Below are positions 16,155-24,192 of a stretch of DNA of 30,195 nucleotides, one piece after another. Position 1 is the stretch's first letter; every line of letters starts with the position of its first letter. The translations under genes and the position numbers were made by a program. The stretch spans positions 1-30,195 of the forward strand of contig CALVER010000001.1 of assembly GCA_944326625.1 (NCBI GenBank), written 5' to 3'. This DNA comes from Candidatus Gastranaerophilales bacterium. GTDB taxonomy: Bacteria > Cyanobacteriota > Vampirovibrionia > Gastranaerophilales > Gastranaerophilaceae. The notes under the pieces were generated by a model. It worked only from the letters and a program-made list of their open reading frames with translations. It was not told the origin of the DNA and searched no databases.

Positions 16155-16598
16155 ATGGAAACAAAATCCGAAAAAGCTGTTGAATTATTTCACACGGGCT
16201 ATAACTGCGCGCAATCAGTATTCTGTGCGTTTTGTGAAGATTTTGGAATGGATTTTGAAACAGGATTAAAACTATCATCCTCCTTTGGCGGCGGAATGGG
16301 AAGATTACGAGAGGTTTGCGGAGCCGTAAGTGCAATGTTTATGATAGCAGGTTTTAAATACGGTTATACGGAACCCAATAACGATACCGTTAAACAGGCG
16401 CACTACCGGCGTATTCAAAAACTTGCGGAAAAATTTGAAGAAAAACACAAAACAATTATCTGCCGCGAAATTCTCGGCCTGCCAAAAGGCAAAGATTCAC
16501 CGGTTCCGTCAAAACGCACAGAAGAATATTACGCCTCACGCCCCTGCGAAAAATGTATTGCTGATGCAGCCCGAATAATCGAAAAATTTATATCCTGA
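16155..16598 (+). CDS. C_GCAxxG_C_C family putative redox-active protein
   Basis: YNCAQSV, FGGGMG...VCGAVSA, TIICREIL, CEKCI. Confidence 0.9.
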   Translation: METKSEKAVELFHTGYNCAQSVFCAFCEDFGMDFETGLKLSSSFGGGMGRLREVCGAVSAMFMIAGFKYGYTEPNNDTVKQAHYRRIQKLAEKFEEKHKTIICREILGLPKGKDSPVPSKRTEEYYASRPCEKCIADAARIIEKFIS

Positions 16599-16949
16599 TT
16601 ATTCACATACATGCTCTAATGCTTTTTCCAAAATTAACTTTACATGATGGTCATTTAAAGAATAATAAACATTTTTGCCTTTTTTCTCGGCTCTCACAAG
16701 CTTTGCAACCCTCAGAACTTTTAATTGATGTGATACGGCGGATTTTGTCATATTTAACAATACCGCAAGATCTCCCACACACATCTCGCTTTCTTCCAGC
16801 GCCCACAACAACTGTATTCTGGTACTATCACCCATAACCTTGAAAAAATCCGACAATTCATACAACAAATTCATCTCAGGCATCTTTGGTCTGACCTTTT
16901 CAACAATATCAATATTTATTGCTTCGCAATCAGTTCTTTTATTTTCCAT
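16599..16949 (-). CDS. ArsR/SmtB-family metal-sensing repressor (SmtB/ZiaR-like)
   Basis: FFKVMGDSTR, EMCVGDL (alpha3 site), SAVSHQLKVLR, GKNVYYSL, and an alpha5 site D-x-H-x10-H-x-x-E (DHHVKLILEKALEHVCE). Confidence 0.93.
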   Translation of the reverse strand: MENKRTDCEAINIDIVEKVRPKMPEMNLLYELSDFFKVMGDSTRIQLLWALEESEMCVGDLAVLLNMTKSAVSHQLKVLRVAKLVRAEKKGKNVYYSLNDHHVKLILEKALEHVCE

Positions 16950-16955
16950 ATTTAC

Positions 16956-16983
16956 ATTATACCATAATTGAACATTTATTCAA
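16956..16983 (-). promoter_or_regulatory. arsR promoter (TTGAAT-N16-TATAAT, extended -10) overlapped by operator TTGAA-CATTTA-TTCAA (16968-16983)
   Basis: Read directly. The operator has the TGAA-N6-TTCA core of SmtB/CzrA/CadC 12-2-12 boxes. Confidence 0.65.
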
Positions 16984-17021
16984 CTATTGTAAATTTTTAT
17001 TGCAGGGTGTTCGTCTAACAC

Positions 17022-17051
17022 TTGACAATTGAACAGTTGTTCAATTATAAT
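17022..17051 (+). promoter_or_regulatory. Consensus sigma70 promoter TTGACA-N18-TATAAT for the ATPase, with operator AATTGAACA-GT-TGTTCAATT (17027-17046) filling the spacer
   Basis: Exact -35 at 17022-17027, exact -10 at 17046-17051, and a perfect 9-2-9 inverted repeat between them. Confidence 0.85.
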
Positions 17052-17069
17052 ATTAATAAAGAGGAATTT

Positions 17070-18944
17070 ATGTGCGAACATCATCACCATCATCATGAAA
17101 CAAACAACAAAAAAGAAGCCGCCGTAATCATTGCTGCGACAGCAGTTTTTACGGTTGCATTTTTGATGCAATCAACAGGTGCGGACAGATTTTTGATATT
17201 CTTGGCGGCATACCTGATAGCAGGCGGAGAAATTTTATGGAAAGCCGTTAAAAATATTTTAAGGGGAGAAATTTTTGACGAAAACTTTTTAATGGGAGTT
17301 GCAACACTCGGCGCAATGGCAATAGGAGAGTATCCGGAAGCTGTTATGGTAATGATTTTGTACAGAATAGGCGAATATTTTCAAGGGTTGGCAGTTAAAA
17401 AGTCACGGAAATCAATAACGGATTTAATGGACATAAGACCCGAACACGCAAATGTTGAAGAAAACGGCATAATTCTCACAAAATCACCCGAAAAAGTCAA
17501 AATAAACGACATAATTATAGTAAAAGCCGGCGAAAAAATTCCGCTTGACGGAGAGATTATTGAAGGAAAAGCAATAATAGACACCTCAGCGCTTACGGGC
17601 GAATCGATTCCGCGAGAAGCTCAAAAAGGCGACACGGTCCTCAGCGGGTGCATAAACACAAACGGACTTATTAAAATACGTGTTACAAAAGAATTTACTG
17701 ACTCAACCGTTTCCAAAATTCTTGAACTCGTTGAACATGCAAGCTCAAAAAAAGCAAAAGCCGAAAATTTCATAACTAAATTTGCACATTACTACACGCC
17801 GGTCGTTGTATTCGGAGCATTGTTACTTGCAACAATTCCGCCCGTTCTGACAGGCACAGCCTTCAACATCTGGATAGAACGCGCGCTGACATTTCTTGTA
17901 ATATCCTGCCCGTGTGCGCTTGTAATATCCGTACCGTTAAGCTTTTTTGCAGGAATCGGCGGGGCGTCAAAATGCGGCATATTAATCAAAGGCAGCAGTT
18001 ACCTTGAATTACTGTCCAGACCCGACAGTGTGGTATTTGATAAAACAGGAACGCTGACAAAAGGTTCATTTAAAGTGACCAAAATCAACCCTCAAGACGG
18101 CATAACCCGTGAGGAACTTCTTGAATTAACGGCAGCGGCAGAGAATTTTTCAAATCACCCGATTGCAATTTCAATCAAAAATGCTTACGGGAAAGAAATC
18201 AACCCGACAGCAATCACGGACGTTGTTGAAGATGCCGGAAACGGTGTATCCGCAAACATAAACGGAATAAGAGTTCTCGCAGGCAATGCCAAGCTTATGG
18301 AAAAATACAATATAAATTTCAAACAATCCAATGAGAGCGGGACTATAATTTATACAGCTAAAAACAATGAATTTATAGGCTATATTGTAATATCGGACGA
18401 AATAAAACCGGATTCAACAGATGCCGTAAAAGAATTAAAAAAACTCGTAAATAACATTGTAATGCTTACGGGAGATTCCGAAAACACTGCACGGCATATT
18501 GCAGCCAAACTCGGTATTGAAAAATATTATTCGGAACTTTTGCCGGCTGACAAAGTAGCCAAAATAGAAGAAATTATACAAACCAAAACAAAAAATAAAA
18601 GCGTAATATTTGCGGGCGACGGAATAAACGATGCGCCGGTGCTGGCACGGGTCGATATCGGCATTGCAATGGGCGGTCTGGGTTCTGATGCCGCGATTGA
18701 GGCGAGTGATGTTGTAATTATGGATGACAAACCGTCTAAAATTCCGGCAGCCGTTAAGATTGCACAAAAAACAATGCTTATAGTAAGGCAAAACATAATT
18801 TTTGCAATAGGCGTAAAAGTTCTTTTTCTAATGCTTGGAGCATTCGGCTATATGACAATGTGGGGAGCCGTATTTGCAGATGTAGGCGTAACCCTTCTGG
18901 CTGTTTTAAATTCACTCAGAGCATTAAAAAGCCCTCAAATATAG
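17070..18944 (+). CDS. cadA: Heavy-metal-translocating P1B-2 ATPase (Zn/Cd/Pb exporter, CadA/ZntA/ZiaA type)
   Basis: TGES, ISCPCAL, DKTGTLT, HP, MLTGD, GDGINDAP, TM7 Lys (GVKVLF), TM8 FADVG. N-terminus MCEHHHHHHE. Start 17070 behind SD GAGGA. Confidence 0.93.
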   Translation: MCEHHHHHHETNNKKEAAVIIAATAVFTVAFLMQSTGADRFLIFLAAYLIAGGEILWKAVKNILRGEIFDENFLMGVATLGAMAIGEYPEAVMVMILYRIGEYFQGLAVKKSRKSITDLMDIRPEHANVEENGIILTKSPEKVKINDIIIVKAGEKIPLDGEIIEGKAIIDTSALTGESIPREAQKGDTVLSGCINTNGLIKIRVTKEFTDSTVSKILELVEHASSKKAKAENFITKFAHYYTPVVVFGALLLATIPPVLTGTAFNIWIERALTFLVISCPCALVISVPLSFFAGIGGASKCGILIKGSSYLELLSRPDSVVFDKTGTLTKGSFKVTKINPQDGITREELLELTAAAENFSNHPIAISIKNAYGKEINPTAITDVVEDAGNGVSANINGIRVLAGNAKLMEKYNINFKQSNESGTIIYTAKNNEFIGYIVISDEIKPDSTDAVKELKKLVNNIVMLTGDSENTARHIAAKLGIEKYYSELLPADKVAKIEEIIQTKTKNKSVIFAGDGINDAPVLARVDIGIAMGGLGSDAAIEASDVVIMDDKPSKIPAAVKIAQKTMLIVRQNIIFAIGVKVLFLMLGAFGYMTMWGAVFADVGVTLLAVLNSLRALKSPQI

Positions 18945-18953
18945 AGGGCTTTT
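18927..18953. terminator. Bidirectional intrinsic terminator AAAAGCCCTC-N7-GAGGGCTTTT between convergent cadA and ilvE
   Basis: 10-bp inverted repeat with A/T tracts on both sides, overlapping the cadA stop. Confidence 0.75.
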
Positions 18954-18956
18954 AAT

Positions 18957-19979
18957 TTATTGAATAACTTTAATCCAGCCGTCAGGAGCTTCAATTCTGC
19001 CCATTTGAATTCCTGTTAAGGTATCGTATAATTTTTGAGTAATCACGCCCATTCTGTCTTTTCCGGACGGAAGATAAATATGTTCACCGTGGTTTACGAT
19101 TTCACCGACAGGAGAAAGAACAGCAGCGGTTCCGCATAGTGCGCATTCCGTAAAGTCTTTCAATTCTTCCACGTGAATTTCTCTTTCCTCGGTTTTTAGT
19201 CCCAGATAATGTTCTGCAACATACATCAAAGAACGACGGGTAATTGACGGCAAAATAGTGCTTGACTTAGGTGTTACAACAACGTTATCGGGAGTAACAA
19301 AAATAATATTAGCACCGCCGGTTTCCTCAACTTTTGTACGTGTTGCGGAATCAAGATACATATTTTCGTTATAGCCTTGTTTATGAGCGTCAACAATTGC
19401 GTGTAAACTCATAGCATAATTAAGCCCTGCTTTTACATGACCCGTCCCTCTCGGAGCTGCTCTGTCAAAATCCGGAACTCTAAGAGTAATAGGCTTTACA
19501 CCGCCTTTAAAATACGGGCCTACAGGTGTTGTAAAAATTCTGAACTGATATTCTTCAGCCGGCTTAACACCGATTACGGCGCTGCTTCCGAACATATACG
19601 GTCTTATGTATAAAGTTGCCCCCGTACCATAGGGCGGAACCCAATCAATATTAGCTTTTACCACTTTTTCAACGGCTTGAATAAATTTTTCTTCCGGATA
19701 AACAGGCATTTCAAGTCTTTCACAGCTTGCTGCCATTCTTTGAGCGTTCAGATCGGGTCTGAAACATACAACATGCCCGTCTGCCGTAGTATAAGCTTTC
19801 AGCCCTTCAAAACATGTCTGAGCATACTGCAAAACACCGGCGCTTTCGCTCATTGTTATTTCGGAATCAATTGAAAGCTCGCCCTCATCCCATTTGCCGT
19901 CCTTGTAGTTTGATACAAAACGATAATCAGTTTTAATATAACCAAATCCTAAATTTTTCCAATCAATATCTTTTTTCAT
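18957..19979 (-). CDS. ilvE: Branched-chain amino acid aminotransferase (class IV PLP)
   Basis: IDWKNLGFGY, LQYAQTCFEGLKAY, FRPDLNA, LYIRP, KAGLNYA (PLP Lys), EETGGANI, ILPSITRRS, CGTAAVLSP. Start 19979 behind SD GGGAG. Confidence 0.95.
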   Translation of the reverse strand: MKKDIDWKNLGFGYIKTDYRFVSNYKDGKWDEGELSIDSEITMSESAGVLQYAQTCFEGLKAYTTADGHVVCFRPDLNAQRMAASCERLEMPVYPEEKFIQAVEKVVKANIDWVPPYGTGATLYIRPYMFGSSAVIGVKPAEEYQFRIFTTPVGPYFKGGVKPITLRVPDFDRAAPRGTGHVKAGLNYAMSLHAIVDAHKQGYNENMYLDSATRTKVEETGGANIIFVTPDNVVVTPKSSTILPSITRRSLMYVAEHYLGLKTEEREIHVEELKDFTECALCGTAAVLSPVGEIVNHGEHIYLPSGKDRMGVITQKLYDTLTGIQMGRIEAPDGWIKVIQ

Positions 19980-20046
19980 AATTTTCTCCCGCTTCATATA
20001 AGTTTTAGCACACAAATACCTTTATGTCGAGAAAAGATTACGAAAT

Positions 20047-20904
20047 TTATACAGCTAATGTATTATTGAGTATGACTTTACCGGAGCATTTCATAACCGC
20101 ATCTTCGGATATAATTTCACCGACGCTGTCCGCCTTTATAACCCCTGATCTGGGATTTTTAACGGACATTATATGTCCTTTAATATCAGCCTGAACATCG
20201 GAATATTCAAAAGATAAATCCGTATTTTCCATTACGCAGTTTACAAGCTTTAGATTTTTACAGTAGCAAAGAGGCTGGGTGCCTATGATTTTACAATTAA
20301 TAAAAGTAAGATTTTCACTGAACCACCCAAGATATTCGCCTTTAACGGTTGAATTTTCAACAACAATATTTTTGCTGTGCCAGAAAGCGTCTTTCGTATC
20401 AAGTTCACTGTTTGAAATAAAAAGATTTTTCATATATTGAAAAGAATATTTGCCGGTCATTTTAAGATTTTTAATCTCAACATTTTTGGATTCAAATAAA
20501 AAGTACATTGCATCAACAGAAGAATCATAAATTTTTATATTTTTACAACGCCAGCCGAATTCGGGAGAATTTATCCTGCAATTATCAATAACAATATTTT
20601 TGCATTCCCTGAGGCATTTAATCCCGTTTATAAGACAATCCTTCATCAATCCGTCATTGGAATACCACAGAGGCGCCCTAGTTTTGTCATCCATGGATGA
20701 ATTAATCAAAGAGAATTTTTTGGCATGCCACATAGGATATCGCAAGGAAAATGAACAGTCTTTGACAGTATAATTTCTGCCTTCTTTCAAAACCGACTCT
20801 CCGTCAGCAGGGCCTTCAAATTTGCAGTTAAGCACTTCTGTATTTTTTATATTGTAGAGTGATCTTTCTTCGTCAAAAACTTTATCTTTAATTTGTTTTG
20901 TCAT
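20047..20904 (-). CDS. DUF3737-family beta-helix-like protein
   Basis: ERSLY, GPADGESVLKE, LRYPMWH, KYSFQY, LDTKDAFWH, GEYLGW, IGTQPLCY, DLSFEYS, SVKNPRSG. Confidence 0.9.
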   Translation of the reverse strand: MTKQIKDKVFDEERSLYNIKNTEVLNCKFEGPADGESVLKEGRNYTVKDCSFSLRYPMWHAKKFSLINSSMDDKTRAPLWYSNDGLMKDCLINGIKCLRECKNIVIDNCRINSPEFGWRCKNIKIYDSSVDAMYFLFESKNVEIKNLKMTGKYSFQYMKNLFISNSELDTKDAFWHSKNIVVENSTVKGEYLGWFSENLTFINCKIIGTQPLCYCKNLKLVNCVMENTDLSFEYSDVQADIKGHIMSVKNPRSGVIKADSVGEIISEDAVMKCSGKVILNNTLAV

Positions 20905-21009
20905 AACAATCTCCGAACCTATTATACAACGTCAAAAGACAATATTATTTATATCTTTATTATTTACTATTTTTTAAAAATTACAAATACTTATATTAAA
21001 TAAGCTGAA

Positions 21010-21042
21010 ATGCTTGACGGGCATAATTAAAATAATTATAAT
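21010..21042 (+). promoter_or_regulatory. lysR promoter TTGACG-N17-TATAAT overlapped by LysR box ATGC-N7-GCAT (T-N11-A, 21010-21024)
   Basis: -35 at 21014-21019, -10 at 21037-21042. The T-N11-A dyad brackets the -35, consistent with LysR autorepression. Confidence 0.7.
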
Positions 21043-21048
21043 ACAATT

Positions 21049-21942
21049 ATGGAAATAAGGGTTCTCAAATATTTTTTAACTGTTGCAAAAGAAGGAAGTA
21101 TTACGAGGGCTGCTAATTCTCTGCACCTGACACAGCCAACGCTTTCAAGGCAATTAATGGATCTGGAAAAAGAACTCGGGCATAAACTTTTAATCCGGGG
21201 GAAATCAAATATATCTTTGACCCCTGAAGGTATAATACTCAGAAAACGTGCTGAAGAAATTATTGATATGGTAGAAAAAACCGAGGCAGATTTCAGTGCG
21301 ATGAATAAAATCATAAGCGGCGACATTTATATAGGCGGCGGCGAAACAGATTCAATGAAATACATTGCCGAAATTATGAAAGACTTGCAAAATGAATATC
21401 CGGATATAAAATTTCATATCTATAGCGGCAACGCGGAAGATGTTACCGAAAAACTTGAAAAAGGACTTCTGGATTTCGGACTGCTTATACAGCCCATTGA
21501 TTTATCCAAATACGATTATCTTTCAATGCCGGAAAAAGATGTATGGGGTGTTGTAATGAGAAAAGACAGCCCTCTTGCAGCAAAAAATGAGATAACACTT
21601 TATGATTTAAAAGATGTACCAATCATTGCGTCAAGACAAATGTCAAAAAAATATTCGGCTGAAAGCGGATTTTTGGACTGGTTCGGAGAAGAATTTGACA
21701 ATCTTAATATATCTGCAACCTACAATCTGGTTTATAACGCTGCAAAAATGGTTGAAGCAGGACTCGGTTATGCAATAACTCTTGATAAATTGATAAACAC
21801 CGAAGGCGGCGATTTAATGTTCCGGCCGCTCTCACCTAAGCTTGAATCCGGTCTTGATATTGTCTGGAAAAAATATCAGGTGTTTTCGCCTGCAGCAAAA
21901 ATTTTTCTGGAAAAATTAAAAGACAAATTTATTCAACCATAA
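21049..21942 (+). CDS. LysR-family transcriptional regulator
   Basis: N-terminal HTH LKYFLTVAKEGSITRAANSLHLTQPTLSRQL, then LTPEG. 297 aa. Divergent from DUF3737. Confidence 0.97.
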   Translation: MEIRVLKYFLTVAKEGSITRAANSLHLTQPTLSRQLMDLEKELGHKLLIRGKSNISLTPEGIILRKRAEEIIDMVEKTEADFSAMNKIISGDIYIGGGETDSMKYIAEIMKDLQNEYPDIKFHIYSGNAEDVTEKLEKGLLDFGLLIQPIDLSKYDYLSMPEKDVWGVVMRKDSPLAAKNEITLYDLKDVPIIASRQMSKKYSAESGFLDWFGEEFDNLNISATYNLVYNAAKMVEAGLGYAITLDKLINTEGGDLMFRPLSPKLESGLDIVWKKYQVFSPAAKIFLEKLKDKFIQP

Positions 21943-21993
21943 AATGGATTTCTATTATAAAAAAAGTACTATAATAAATTTAGTGAGGTAAAT

Positions 21994-22575
21994 ATGAAAA
22001 AATTATTATTGATCTTTGTATTGATTATAACTGCCGGAATAGCATTTGCGGTTACACAGCAAAGCACAACACCGGCACCTGCAGAAAATACCGTTTCAAA
22101 CAAAAAAATACTTATAGCTTATTTTTCGTGGAGCGGAAACACAAAAACCATTGCCGAAAAAATTCAAACCCTCACCGGCGGAGAACTTTATGAAATAGTT
22201 CCTGAAACTCCGTATCCGACAGATCGCGAAGAACTAACGGTAACGGCAGCTGAAGAAAAAGAAAAAAATATTAACCCGCCTATAAAAAACACCGTTGATA
22301 TTGCGAATTATGATGTAATATTTATCGGAACTCCCGTGTGGTGGTACACTATGGCCTCACCTGTCAGAACTTTTTTAACAACGAACAATTTTGAAGGCAA
22401 AACAATAATCCCGTTTATTACACACGGCGGCGGGGGTGAATATTCAATTGCCGAAGAAATGGGAAACTTTGCAAAAGGTGCTAAACTTTTGTCACCTGCA
22501 TTTGTTGTCCACGAATCAGGCAATATTGAAACCGATGAAAACTTGAAAAATTGGGTTGACAGTTTGGAGTATTAA
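21994..22575 (+). CDS. Flavodoxin (Flavodoxin_4 type) with an N-terminal signal peptide
   Basis: FMN phosphate loop YFSWSGNT, IFIGTPVWW, PFITHGGGG. N-terminus MKKLLLIFVLIITAGIAFA. SD GAGGT. Confidence 0.9.
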   Translation: MKKLLLIFVLIITAGIAFAVTQQSTTPAPAENTVSNKKILIAYFSWSGNTKTIAEKIQTLTGGELYEIVPETPYPTDREELTVTAAEEKEKNINPPIKNTVDIANYDVIFIGTPVWWYTMASPVRTFLTTNNFEGKTIIPFITHGGGGEYSIAEEMGNFAKGAKLLSPAFVVHESGNIETDENLKNWVDSLEY

Positions 22576-22576
22576 T

Positions 22577-23215
22577 ATGAAAGATATAATGCTTGAAAAC
22601 TATTTGACATACCTTGTGTTCCTGAACACAAAACTCACAAAATTTTTTGCCTCACAAAAACAATTTATATTTTGTCAAAAAGGCTGTGCTCGCTGCTGCA
22701 AAAATGCCGAATTTCCGTATTCGCAAATTGAGCTTAAATATCTTTTATACGGTTATTTGAAACTTGATAAAGAAACCCGTAATAAAATTGAAGAAAATAT
22801 TAAACAAATCGTTGATGAAAAAAGCAAATACGAAGGCGATGCCTTCCGCTATACCTGCCCTTTTCTCATAGATGATGTCTGCTCGGTTTACGATTACAGA
22901 GGAATTATTTGCAGAACTTTCGGGCTTTTGACAAAAGGTGTTGACGACAGAGTTAAAGTTCCTTTTTGCTGCTATGAAGGCCTGAATTATTCCAACGTTA
23001 TGGATAAAAGAACTAAAAAAATTTCCGAGAAAAAAATCAAAAAACTTAAACTTGTTGACGAACCTCTCGGGTTCAATATAAGTTATAAATTTTTAACAGA
23101 TCCGGATTTTGAAAAGAGTTTCAAATTTGAATTCGGAGAAAAAAAGCCTTTAATCGACTGGTTTTACGAAATGAAGGATAAACTTCCCGCGGAACCTGCC
23201 GTTCAAAATCAGTAA
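22577..23215 (+). CDS. YkgJ-family (CxxCxxCC) cysteine-cluster protein
   Basis: CQKGCARCC, CPFL, CSVYDYRGIICRTFG. Start 22577 behind GGAG, 1 bp after the flavodoxin stop. Confidence 0.88.
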   Translation: MKDIMLENYLTYLVFLNTKLTKFFASQKQFIFCQKGCARCCKNAEFPYSQIELKYLLYGYLKLDKETRNKIEENIKQIVDEKSKYEGDAFRYTCPFLIDDVCSVYDYRGIICRTFGLLTKGVDDRVKVPFCCYEGLNYSNVMDKRTKKISEKKIKKLKLVDEPLGFNISYKFLTDPDFEKSFKFEFGEKKPLIDWFYEMKDKLPAEPAVQNQ

Positions 23216-23218
23216 TTT

Positions 23219-23989
23219 TTAAACACAATATAAATATACGTTTTTAAAATGGACTTCTTTTACGATATCCAAAATTTTGTTAATGAAATTTTTATAAGCC
23301 TGTCTGTCAGCTTCACCTGACAAAATTATATCGGCATTATGAATAGTCGGATAAATATGAATTTTAGCCTTATCTGACGCATTTTTATAGACTTCATCGA
23401 CTGAAGAACCGAGATTACGTTCATTAGCGCGTCTGTAAAAACGTTCTTTTTGCACATCTGACGACACGTCAACATAAATTTTGAAATCAAAAGCATCAAC
23501 AACATCTTCAGTTAATGTAAAAAGCCCTTCTGATATAACTATTTTAGACGGAACGGCAAGAGTTACATTATCTTCTCTTTTCGCGGTACCGGACATATCG
23601 TATTTCGGCAGGTAAACTTTTTCCCCGTTCAAAAGCGCCTTAATATGTTTTTTCATCAAAGATAATTCAAGTGCCTGCGGAATATCAAGGTCATAATGCT
23701 TGGCAAATTCCGCAAAACTTCCGGCTTTTTTAACCATATCCGATCTGTCATAATAATAATCATCAGTATTAATTCTTGTAATTAAATCATTTATACCGAA
23801 TTCTATTGCAAAAATTTCAAGAGTATCAATTATGTCATAGGCAATAGTTGATTTACCGCTTGCTGTTTCACCGGCAATTCCGATTGAGCAGGCACGTTTT
23901 GCGCTTCCTGACAAAAACATTGCCATTTTATGTACAGCACTTTTTGAAACCATACGAAAAATGGAATTTTTAGATTCCATTTCTTCCAT
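23219..23989 (-). CDS. Uridine kinase / phosphoribulokinase-superfamily P-loop kinase
   Basis: Walker A GIAGETASGKST, TDDYY, LPKYD, VISEGLF, DFKIYVD. The start is uncertain: 23989 has an AAGGT SD, and the ORF is open to 24103. Confidence 0.8.
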   Translation of the reverse strand: MEEMESKNSIFRMVSKSAVHKMAMFLSGSAKRACSIGIAGETASGKSTIAYDIIDTLEIFAIEFGINDLITRINTDDYYYDRSDMVKKAGSFAEFAKHYDLDIPQALELSLMKKHIKALLNGEKVYLPKYDMSGTAKREDNVTLAVPSKIVISEGLFTLTEDVVDAFDFKIYVDVSSDVQKERFYRRANERNLGSSVDEVYKNASDKAKIHIYPTIHNADIILSGEADRQAYKNFINKILDIVKEVHFKNVYLYCV

Positions 23990-24192
23990 AAAAACCTTTT
24001 CCAATCTCTTTTTAACAAAATAAAAAGAATTATTAATATTTTTATCCATGTAGGATACTGTTTTTTTATCGGTATTAAAGGTTTTTGTAACAGTATTTTG
24101 CAATTTTTTTCAAACCTCTTATCAGCTTTTTTATCAATAAACCACAAACAAAGTGCAAATTGTCAAAAATGTTACAAAAAATTCAAAATTCT

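Noticed and set aside
16114-16335. 74-residue N-terminal extension of the acyltransferase in the ORF track
   Set aside because: It overlaps the opposite-strand C_GCAxxG gene and its promoter. Family similarity begins only after Met 16113.
17022-17069. TTG start and 16-residue extension of the ATPase
   Set aside because: That TTG is the -35 hexamer of the promoter. The SD-led ATG is at 17070.
23219-23989. Calling the kinase phosphoribulokinase (Calvin cycle relic)
   Set aside because: The Walker A and downstream motifs do not match PRK specifically, the protein is short, and no cbb genes are present.
23830-24147. 105-aa minus-strand ORF overlapping the kinase 5' region in another frame
   Set aside because: Composition is atypical (Lys/Trp/Ile-rich from AT-rich intergenic DNA), there is no SD, and it overlaps the Walker A coding region. 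There is no evidence for a programmed frameshift.
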